From: Geosiphon pyriformis uo1
Taxonomy: Eukaryota > Fungi > Glomeromycota
Assembly: GCA_016748015.1 (NCBI GenBank)
Contig: JAAOMT010000664.1
Location: 2,023,870 to 2,087,869 of the forward strand
Direction: 5' to 3'
DNA: 64,000 nucleotides
Numbering within the stretch: the stretch's first letter is position 1; the number at the start of each line of letters is the position of its first letter. The position numbers and the translations under genes are program-made. The notes under the pieces were generated by a model. It saw only the letters and a program-made list of their open reading frames with translations. It ran no database searches and had not been told where the DNA came from. Below are positions 42,101 through 52,189 of the stretch, in pieces.

Positions 42101-42332
42101 CAATTACCTTCTGATTTGAATGGCTGTTTACCTTCTTTAGGATCATTATTAACAATAATTTTCTCACAGATTGCCAATTCCTTTGCCTTTTTCATACTGA
42201 ACTCAGATATAAATAAAGCTCTGATAATCTCTGGGAATTTTGAGGGAGTTAACGCTCTCCCAAAACCATCAATTCGATAGAAAATTTTTTTAATAGCAAT
42301 TAACTTATCACTATTTGTTTTTCCAGATATGG
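36139..42332 (-). mobile_element. LINE copy F, 3' part (ORF2 40950-36268; ORF1 C-terminal part 42332-40947)
   Basis: TCNVHG, TETKL, GGDFN, IDFL, TDH (APE); VFIDDTIW (RT); YTDRS, VELQAI, SDSQ (RNase H); CLYCG..DHVFSC; ORF1 CAHCKQFGHISTRC. Confidence 0.94.
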
Positions 42333-43266
42333 TATTACCAGTAGAATTTTAGCTATTAATTAGCATGAAATTACCCTTATAATTCCTATTATTAATTAGT
42401 ATACATTATTATTAATTTGATTATCAAATATTATTACTCAATTAATAATCTGATTTGTACTTTAGAAATTAAGATGATCAAATTACACAATACCCTGAAC
42501 CTTTTAACATAGTCAAAATTCGCCGAAATTAATGGAAATTGGCCGAAATAATCAATAGTTCAGTGAAATAACTTGTAAATTTGCCAAAATGTATCTTTAG
42601 TTCACCCAAATTGTAGCAAAAAGAAAAGTGCAAGTTCAAAGACTAGTACTACAACAAGTTGTATAAAAGAAGAGCTTCTCTTTTCAAGAAAATGTATCTT
42701 CTCATAGTATCTTACTTTAGATATCTTAATTAAAACAAATCACCTTTTACAAAATCAAATAAAAATTAAATATTTGAAAACCAAATTCTAAATTATTACA
42801 CTTGAAATTCCCTCAATACAACTAACGTTTTGAAATTGATTAGCTACCAATTTCAATAAACTGTTAATGACTCCAGGCCTGGATAGAAAACATTTTCATT
42901 GACAAAATTCTATTTCTTTTATGTTTCTTTTATTTTTCTTTTATTTTCTTATTACAATCATTAGGATAGTCTACAAATAAGATTCCTGTAGAAGAGTTGA
43001 CTTTCACAGCAAAGTAACTACACATTTTAGTGAGCTTTCAGATGAGCAATTCCTGGGAAAGAGTTGATGTTTACTACAACATAACTACATAAAGTAACTG
43101 GCAAGGAATCAGTCATTCCACTTATAAGCCTAACAGTTCAAATTATAGGAGATAATTTGAAGATAAATTCAGTTACTGGAGGTCTAACTACTTCCTGGAA
43201 ACGTGAATTCACAGCAAATCAACATTACCAACATTTAAGAAAAGAGACCAAAAATTTCCAGTAACA
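42333..43266 (+). repeat. 5' LTR (934 bp)
   Basis: TATTACCAG..CCAGTAACA (decayed TGTTACCAG..CTGGTAACA); direct repeat of 51221-52189; TATA-like GTATAAAAG at 42661. Confidence 0.95.
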
Positions 43267-43285
43267 TTTAGTGCTCTTCTACAAA
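43267..43285 (+). promoter_or_regulatory. Probable primer-binding site (TTTAGTGCTCTT.., likely decayed TGGTGCTC..)
   Basis: Immediately after the 5' LTR; needs one G>A reversion to give TGG, complementary to tRNA CCA. Cognate tRNA not determined. Confidence 0.5.
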
Positions 43286-43311
43286 AATAACACAGCAATA
43301 ACAAATTCAAA

Positions 43312-45300
43312 GTGGTGACCACACCAGACACAACAACTCTAGAGTATCATCAGTCAATTTATACCCACTGCAAGCAAAGATTCAACATTTCAGACGGAAT
43401 TGAAGTTGTCAAAAAATCAGTATACCAATACATTGAAAACTGCATCAACAATTATCTTTTTGGAAACTACAACATTTCAGAAGTTAGAAGCAACCTCTAC
43501 AATAATTTAGTGCACTATTCACAATTGAGAACAGAAGACCTAAACAGTGAAACACTTGCTATCTACTTTCAAGAACTTAATTTTAATATTATTGAGTATT
43601 GTGAAAAAAAATACCCAGTACAGCCCAAATACTCTTTTAACTTTGAATCAGAAACAGAGACAAGCAACAAAGGCAAACAAAAAGTGAAACAATACTCAAA
43701 AACCACTTCAAACACTCCAATACTATCAAAGACAACTGCCAAACACTTGCAAACACCTGAACAAGAAACCAGTGTCAAATTACCACTTTCTATTACACCA
43801 TTTCCAATTTCACTTGTTCAATCACAAATACCAAGTTCACCACTTAACCATTTCTCCAGACCAGAAGATTTTCAGTTATCTAGAAATCCTACTCAACAAC
43901 AAGAACCAATATTAACAAATGCTAATATTATTGATTACTTACAGGAAAACGAAAGTAATCATTCAAAAAGCTTGGAAAGTGAAGAAACTAAATCAGAACC
44001 AGAAGAAATCACAGGAAATAAAAAAGAAATAACAACTGTTTACATTGCAAAAATTCCAGAATTCACTGATGAAGACAATGATACCAGTTCTCAAGAATGG
44101 CTTGACAAAGTTTAAAAAGCAGGAGATGCAAATGGTTGGATTGTAGTAAGAATGCTCAAAGCAATTCCCTACTTTTTTCAAGGAACAGCAGAAGAATAGT
44201 TTGAAAATTTAGAAGAACCATTTGAGAACTGGCAAGCATTCAAAGATGCTTTTTTACAACAATTTACTAACAACAACACCTCTATCACTCTCCGCAATCA
44301 CTTTCACAATATCAAACAAGAAACATTTAAAACTGTCATGACTTATCTTGAAAGATTCAACAAACTTCTTTGACGAATTCGATAATTAAAAACCAATGAC
44401 TACTATTCTAATGCTCAGATTCTGGATCAGTTTATAGCAGAATTAAAAAACAAATTGATTAAAAAAGTCTGTCCACATGCACCAACAGACTTAGCAACTG
44501 CCATAAGACATGCAAAGAACTATGAAATAGCTATGGAAAAAGCAAACCACACCAAATTCATCAACCTAGCTATTAGAAAAACCAGTTCAGCAGCTGAAGA
44601 AAAAATAGACCAACTTACAAAGAAGATTGAAAGCTACTTCACAAACCAACAACAACAGCAACAACAACCACAAAAATATCAACCCCCACAATAATACAAC
44701 CAAAACAATTTTGGATTACCATCCAACAACCAACCTCAAAATTGTTATTATTGTGGAATTCCAGAACACTGGAAACGAGATTGTAGGAAATTACAAAGAG
44801 ACCAACAAAACAGGAGTAATTAATATTACTCTTCACCACAACAATCTTATTACCAATCTCCACTACCAACCTATTATTTACCAAGACCACAAAATCAAAA
44901 CAGTTACTATTAACCAGTTTCACAACCAATGCAATAACAATATCAGCAATCTTTACCAATTCAGCCATATCAGACACCACCCACTTAACAATATCAAGTA
45001 CCAGCAAGAAGATTGGTTTAACATAACCAATTCACACCCCAAAATTAATTTCAGAATAACAACAACAGAATCAATCCAAATAACCAGTTGGTTCCCCGAA
45101 ATTCTGGTTAGCAAAGACCCAATCACTATTACACTCAACCCAGTTATCTTACAATATCAGAAGAATCGGATTTTCAACAACCTGCACTTTCTGAAGGTGA
45201 AGTTGCAGCACCAAAATCAAATCCTTCCAACAATACCATCTCACCAGCTTAAATTGCCCAAAATGCCAACCTTTCAGATATCTTTCTATTCAAATTTGAA
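43312..45300 (+). pseudogene. gag: gag (N-terminal extension, capsid, CCHC nucleocapsid, Q/P-rich linker)
   Basis: KIPEFTDED..QEWL..ANGW..WQAFKDAFLQQF..IKQE..V.TY..RF capsid; CYYCGIPEHWKRDC at 44743-44784; same frame as the protease; stops are mostly CAA>TAA or TGG>TAG. Confidence 0.9.
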
Positions 45301-45318
45301 GCCAATGAATCACCATTC

Positions 45319-45720
45319 TTGCTTAATAATGCAGCAACTAATGAACAAAAAGCTATTACTGCCATGTACACTAAAGCTACAGTAGAAGGAAAACCCATTC
45401 GACTAATTCTAAACAGTAGATCAGCTGGAAGTATTATCACTTACCAGTTAATACAACAGCTTCAAAGAACTGTTGACAGACCAGCCCAAACTGTAATTGT
45501 TACAGCAGATAATATGAAAAAGGCACCAGTAGAAGAAATTGATAATTTCCCATTCACCATTAATGAATTACCATTCCAGTCAAAGTTCTAGTCATGGATG
45601 CACCCCAATACCAAGCTCTGGTCAAAAATGATTGGCTTCTTAAGACCAATGCAAACTTAAATTAGGAAACTCAAGAACTAAAAATCTCATACCAAAGACA
45701 ATACACTATAGTACTTGTTA
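45319..45720 (+). pseudogene. Retropepsin-like aspartic protease
   Basis: IRLILNSRSAGSII (decayed ILDSGS), IVTAD, ALVKNDWL (decayed LVGNDWL). Confidence 0.85.
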
Positions 45721-46654
45721 CTTGTGGTACTTTTAACAAATGATCAGAAAAAGCCCCAGTATTTGAATTTGAAGAGGAGAAAAAAATGCCACTTACTGAA
45801 ACCTATATGGCTCTTAGATCAACATTCAATTGGGCTGAAGAAACAGAACAGGAGATTTTTGAAGAATCAAGAGGATAGAAAAAAGTTAGATATTCTACAC
45901 CAGAACCACGGAAACAACCATTCTATATTCTACTCAAATGCAAAGATTGCAACAAGAAACTTTTATCAATGAGAGCATATATTTCTCCAGAAGAGAAATA
46001 TGAAACTCATACTTGTTACTTTTGCAAAGCATACCATAGAGAACGATTTGGATCTCCAAAAAGAAGTGGAAAATGGGACAACACATCTTGCCTTACATGT
46101 GGAAATATGTTACCAGAAGAATGCAACTGAATTGATGTTGCAATAAGAGGAGAAGTATGTGATCAAACCTGTCAATATGCTCTATCAATTTCGGAAAAAG
46201 TCAGAAGAGGAACACCATTTGATGCAGTATACAACAGTACTCTTAATAAACTTTACTACTACCCTCATGATGCTGAAATGATTTTTGACTTAGCAATAGC
46301 ATTAATTAATAGAGCCACCCAAGAAGATGTTCACCAAATAAAAGAAGCTGAATACATTGAGTATACTATGGAATTAGCTGGATTTGATTATGAAGATGAA
46401 GTAGAAACCTACCACCAAATTGCAAGCCACACATATCTGACTCAAGAAGCTTAAATTTAACAATTAGAACAAATGAACATTTAATTGTGTAAAGAATACA
46501 TCATGCCTTGTGATAACAAATGGTGTTCAGAATGCTATGCTCTTAGCATTTTCCTGTCAGAGGAAAATAATAAAAATGAAATCGAATTTGGAGTATCTGA
46601 ACTGGTAGAAAAATACCAACCACCCCCATCTATCTTCTTGAAAAGCAACCACCT

Positions 46655-47086
46655 CTACAACTTAAATATTTCAACAACCATGGCCAAGGAATCAGACCAG
46701 AAAAAGCACACAAAATTGATGCTGGATATGACCTAAAATATTCAGGAAAAAATACTTTAGTTCTCCAACCAAAGTCCTTGACAAAAATCAATCTCAAAAT
46801 TGCTCTTGAAATTCCACCTGGAGCAATGGTTTAAATTGCATCCAGATCATCATTGACAAGTAAAAAAATCAATGTTAAAAGAGAAGTTATAGATGCAGGA
46901 TATACTGGAGACATTACTATCATGTTACAAAATGAAACAGACAAACCATTCAGGATTAAACATGCTGAGAAAATTGCCCAAGCAATTTACTTATCTCTAA
47001 TCAACATTTCGAGGTTATAATCAGTTAAAAACAGAGAACAATTGGGAAAAAGTGAAAGAGGAACTCAAGGTTTTGGTTCAATTGGA
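46655..47086 (+). pseudogene. dut: dUTPase domain within Gypsy pol
   Basis: Frame not in the ORF track: DAGYDL (46718), ASRSS, VIDAGYTGDI (46886-46915), KIAQ, SERGTQGFGSIG (to 47086), i.e. all five dUTPase motifs in order. Two CAA>TAA-type stops; in frame with RT. Confidence 0.95.
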
Positions 47087-47579
47087 CGATTTACAGTTCC
47101 AGTAAACATAGCTCTCAATACATAGAATGAATCTCACCAGATTCTTCAACTTCCCCAACCAATTATCATTTCATCTTTTGGAGAACATCACAAAATTTAC
47201 ACTTGCTCAAAACCCACCACTACCCAACAAATCTTTGAATCCAATGAACAAATCTGTTTAAAGCATGAAATCTCAATTTCAAATGTTTATATTCCCAAAG
47301 GAATAAAAAAATTCCAAGTTATATTCTACAATCGCAATAATTACCCCATTGTTTTATTGAACAAACTAGATATTGGAATCATATACAGTAACATTTTTCA
47401 AAATGAAAACCCTCAAATTGTTTTTAATTTCATCGAAATTATAAGACATACACTACTTCCAAATCCAAATATCATTTCTACCACTGAAAACTACCACCTT
47501 TTGAAAAAAAAACTTTCTCAAATTAACATGGGTCTCTTGGAACTCCAACAACAAAGACAATTGAAACAATTGATAGCTG

Positions 47580-48934
47580 AATTTGCAGATATATTTGCAA
47601 AAGACAACAATGACTTTGGAAAAACAGATATTGTTTAATACCAAATTCATACAGAAGATGCTCCATCAAAATGACAACAAGCCTATTGAGTTTCACCTGA
47701 TAGCCACCAATTTATTAGAGAAGAGGTCCAAAGAATGCTCAATAATGGATTGATTCAACCATCAAGAAGTCCATGGGTTTCACCAATAGTTCTTGTTAAA
47801 AAGAAAAATGGAAAAATCAAATTCTGTATTGATTATCAACAATTGAATAGTGTCACAATTGGAAATGCCTACCCTCACCCAAGAATTGATAACATGTTAG
47901 ATGCTTTAGGAAAAGCCAAGTTTTTCTCAACTTTAGACTTGGAAAGTGGATACTGGCAAGTCAAAATGGACCCAAAAGATAAACCCAAAACAGCATTCAC
48001 CACTCAAAAAAGAAACTATAAATTCAATGTTATGTCTTTTGGACTCTGCAATGCACCAGCAACATTTTAGTGACTTATGGATGTTGTCTATGAAGGACTC
48101 TTATGGCAATTAGTAGTTGTCTACCTTGACAACACTAATGTATACTCACCAAGCTTTGAAGCTCATCTTATCTACCTACGAGAAGTTTTTCAACAATTAT
48201 GAAAAACAAAATTAAAGTTAAACATTGAGAAATGTCATTTTGGAAAAACAAGCTTGATCTTTCTTGGACACATAGTTAGTAAAGAGAGAGTCAAACCAAA
48301 TCCAGGAACAATCAGTGCTGTCAAAAACTTTCAAACTCCCAAAAATACCACAAAATTATGAGGATTTGTAGGATTAGCCTTCTACTATCGGAAATTCATA
48401 AAGGAATTCTCAGAAATTGCCAAACCACTCAATTATCTTACCAACAAAAATGTGCCATACAAATGAACAGAAGAACAACAAAAAGCTTTTGAAATCCTCA
48501 AAACAAGATTGACAACAGCCCCAGTTCTTGCTTGCCCAGATTTCAACAAACGGTTTCAACTAGCCACTAATGCTTCACACATAGCTTTTGGTGCTATCCT
48601 ATCACAATTAGATAAAAATGGCCAGGAACAAGTTATTGCCTATGCTAGTAGAACACTCAAGCCAACAGAACTCAAATATGGCTCAACAGAACTAGAAGCT
48701 GCTGCAGTCATTTGGGCTCTCAAATACTTTCAACAATACCTAAAGAATAGAAAAGAGTTTGACATCATAACTAACAATATTGGCCTCAAATGGCTCAATA
48801 AAAATAAAAAAGAACAAAGTGCCAAACAGTCTTAATGGAATAATTTTTTAGCAGACTACAAATATATAGTACATTACAAACCAAGAAAACTACACACCAA
48901 TGTTAACAGCCTTTCAAGAATGAGACAATATTAA
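47580..48934 (+). pseudogene. pol: Gypsy reverse transcriptase and RNase H
   Basis: SPWVSPIVLVKKKNG..FCIDY, LDLESGYWQV, KTAF, FGLCNAPATF, YLDN at 48122-48133 (decayed YLDD), FLGH; RH ATNASHIAFGAILSQ, ELEAAAV, NVNSLSR. Confidence 0.95.
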
Positions 48935-49001
48935 TATCAACATCAACACTAACAAAACACCAACAAACTTAACAGCAGAACAAATAACAAAATCAACAAC
49001 A

Positions 49002-50351
49002 ATGGTTTCAGAAAACTACAACAACATCAAAAACTATTTGGAAACTCTCACCATGCCAGAAAATTGGTCTTTAAGTGAAAAACATCGATTACAACACCAA
49101 TTCAAACAATATTTTATACACTACAACAAAATCTATTACAAGAATCATAGAAATCCAAACCAATCACTCAGATTAGTACAAAAGAATGAAAAAGAAACAA
49201 TCTTATACAACATGCACACAGATCCTTCTTCAGCACACTTGAGAAGAAATAGAACAATACAAAGAACTCTTAAACATTACTTTTGGTCTCAAATGCAAAA
49301 AGACATTCGACAATATGTAAAATCTTATAATAGTTGTCAAAGAAGAAAAGGAACTTGCCCCACAGAACCTTTAAATCCAATCAAAGTTGGACAATTTTTT
49401 GACAGAATTGGAATTGATTTAGTTGGACCATTACCTATTACAACTCAAGGAAATTATTATATTGTAATTGCAGTAGATTATTTTACCAAATGGCTTGAAG
49501 CTAGAGCCATCCAAAGAGCAAATGCAAAATCAGTAGCAAATTTTATCTATGAAGACATTATCTGTAGACATGGATGCCCAATTGAACTTTTATCTGATCA
49601 AAAAACACATTTTGTGAACAACTTGATACAAAAAATTTGTGAACAATTCAATGTCAAAAGATCTTTATCATCATCTTATCACCCCCAAACAAATAGACTT
49701 GTAGAACATTTTAACAGAATATTGTGTGAATTTTTAGCCAAAGTCTCAACAGATTTTGAGCAGAAATGGGATATCTTTATTCCATCAGTGTTACTAGTAT
49801 ATAGAACACTAAAACAAGATACTATAAAACACACACCATTTGATCTTACTTATAGAAAGACAGCAACATTACCAATTAATTTCACAGTGAAAACATACCC
49901 TGTGCAACCAATTAATGAAGAGAACTTTCAAGAAACACTTCAAAGAAGGCCTACACTCTTCTTAGTACACTGGAAGAAAAAAGAAGAATAGCAGCAACTC
50001 ATATTGAATATTCTCAAGCTCAACAAAAAGAAAGACATAACAACAAACTACCACTCATAATCAATGAATTTAAAGTTGAAAATAAAGTTCTCTTACACAG
50101 AACTAAGGCTGAAAAACAATGGAGTGGAAAATTTGAAAACAAATGGGATGGACCATTTTATATTCACAAAATTCTAGGCAATAGATCATACAAGTTAAGT
50201 CTTGATGACAAAGTATTAGCAAAAGTTGCACATAGAGATAGATTAAAACAATCCTGAACCATTAATTCTACAAATTGGTACACATTCCCCTTTAATTAAT
50301 CCTGAAAATATTCCCCGAAATTTAGAACCAATAATTATAATAGAACAATAA
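49002..50351 (+). pseudogene. Gypsy integrase with GPF motif, no chromodomain
   Basis: H..H zinc-binding region, IGIDLVGPL, VDYFTKW, SDQKTHF, YHPQTNRLVE; frameshift near 49950; KWDGPFYI at ~50141; ends LEPIIIIEQ*. Confidence 0.93.
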
Positions 50352-50532
50352 CCAAACTTGAACACTTAATTCAACATAATTTTACAATAATCTTTTTAAT
50401 AACACACAAAGACAAAAATAGTAAATAATTACAAAAACACCCAAAACCCAAAAACAAATAAAATCCCATATCCAAAAAAAAATAATAATAATTTTTTTAT
50501 TCTCCCTTTTTTATTAATTAGTCAATTTTATT

Positions 50533-51186
50533 ATGATTATTCCCCGAAATATTCAACAAATATCACAAAAATTAATGTTAGCCTTGAAAACACTTTTTGA
50601 CTTATTCATAATGATTAATAGAAGTCAAATTAATTACATTCAAAAAAAAACCACAGCCCCAATAGTAAATAATTCTCAGAACTATTACTCTTATAGAAAA
50701 AAAACAAAAGATCACTCTAGAAATAGGTTACCAGAACTTTTGAAGCAAGCACTAAAAGAAAATTTTTTAATTGCCCCTATTGACATTTCACCAAATACTA
50801 CAATACAACAAAAACTTCTACTATTCCTCAATGAACAGAACAATAAACATACTCTTATATATAGATATTTTCATATTAGAAAAACACTTTACAAACGAAA
50901 ACTGGAACTTGAAGCAACTAACATCACTTCTAAGGCTATACAAAAACAAATTCACAATGAATTTAAGACAGCAGCTGGATCAACAAACACTTACTACAAA
51001 CTTAGAGCAGCTTTTAGACTTTATGATTTATTTACCATTTGTAAAAACATCTTACAAAATCCAATACTCCAACCAATGAAAGTTCAATACATTGGAAAAC
51101 TCACAGAACTGAAATTTCAACAATTTTCAGACCAAATCACTTCAATTATCTTGGACCACTATCTTAACATTACAGATAGTATTTAG
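50533..51186 (+). CDS. Extra 3' ORF (ORF3) of Gypsy element, unknown function, 217 aa
   Basis: Open ATG ORF between integrase and PPT; conserved in copy 1 (2037-2733). Confidence 0.75.
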   Translation: MIIPRNIQQISQKLMLALKTLFDLFIMINRSQINYIQKKTTAPIVNNSQNYYSYRKKTKDHSRNRLPELLKQALKENFLIAPIDISPNTTIQQKLLLFLNEQNNKHTLIYRYFHIRKTLYKRKLELEATNITSKAIQKQIHNEFKTAAGSTNTYYKLRAAFRLYDLFTICKNILQNPILQPMKVQYIGKLTELKFQQFSDQITSIILDHYLNITDSI

Positions 51187-51220
51187 ACTTCAACAGAGCT
51201 CAGTCTTGAGGAAAAAATTA

Positions 51221-52189
51221 TGTTACCAGTAGAATTTTAGCTATTAATTAGCATGAAATTACTCTTATAATTCCTATTATTAATTAGCATACATTATTAT
51301 TAATTTGATTATCACTTATTATTTAATCAAATTATCAAATATCATTACTCAATCAATAATCCGATTTGTACTCTAGAAATTAAGATGATCAAATTACACA
51401 ATACCTTGAACCTTTTAACATAGTCAAAATTCGCCGAAATTAATGAAAATTCGCCGAAATAATCAATAGTTCAGTGAAATAACTTGTAAATTTGTCGAAA
51501 TGTATTTTTAATTCACCCAAATTGTAGCAAAAAAAAAAGTGCAAGTTTAAAGACTAGTACTACAACAAGTTGTATAAAAGAAGTGCTTCTCTTTTCAAGG
51601 AAATGTATCTTCTCATAGTATCTTACCATAATATCTTACTTTAAATATCTTAATTGAAACAAATCACCTTTTACAAAATCAAATAAAAATTAAATATTCG
51701 AAAACCAAATTCTTAAATTATTACATTTGAAATTCCCTCAACACAACTAACGTTTTGAAATTGATTAACTACCAATTTCAATAAACTGTTAGTGACTCCA
51801 GGCCTGGATAGAAAACATTTTCATTGACAAAATTCTATTTTTTTTATGTTTCTTTTATTTTTTTTATTTTCTTATTATAATCATTGAGGTAGCCTACAGA
51901 CAAGATTTCTGTAGAAAAGTTGACTTTCACAGCAAAGTAACTACACATTTTAGTGAGCTTTTAGACAAGCAATTTCTGAGAAAGAATTGATGTTTACTAC
52001 AACATAACTACATAAAGTAACTGGCAAGAAATTGGCCATTCTACTTATAAGCCCAGCAGTTCAAATTATAGGAGATAATTTGAAGATAAATTCAGTTACT
52101 GGAGGTCCAACTACTTCCTGAAAACATGAATTCACAGCAAATTAACATTACCAACATTTAAAAAAAGAGACCAAAAATCTCTGGTAACA
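51221..52189 (+). repeat. 3' LTR (969 bp)
   Basis: Perfect 9-bp terminal inverted repeat TGTTACCAG..CTGGTAACA; preceded by the PPT. Confidence 0.97.

Larger units (their letters stand above)
42333..52189 (+). mobile_element. Full-length Ty3/Gypsy LTR retrotransposon, copy 2 (9857 bp), degenerate
   Basis: Two LTRs; TSD ATGG at 42329-42332 and 52190-52193; domain order gag-PR-RT-RH-IN; PPT GAGGAAAAAA at 51208-51217. Confidence 0.97.

Noticed and set aside
44627-45385. 252-aa N/H/I-rich ORF overlapping gag
   Set aside because: Alternative frame of the CAA-rich gag linker; the zinc knuckle is in the other frame.
43312-48934. Programmed frameshifts or stop-codon recoding in gag-pol
   Set aside because: Stops fit C>T/G>A decay and host genes use the standard code; shifts at ~45570 and ~46615 lack clear slippery sites and cannot be separated from decay with one copy.
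50533-51186. ORF3 as a true envelope glycoprotein
   Set aside because: No signal peptide, fusion peptide or transmembrane anchor.
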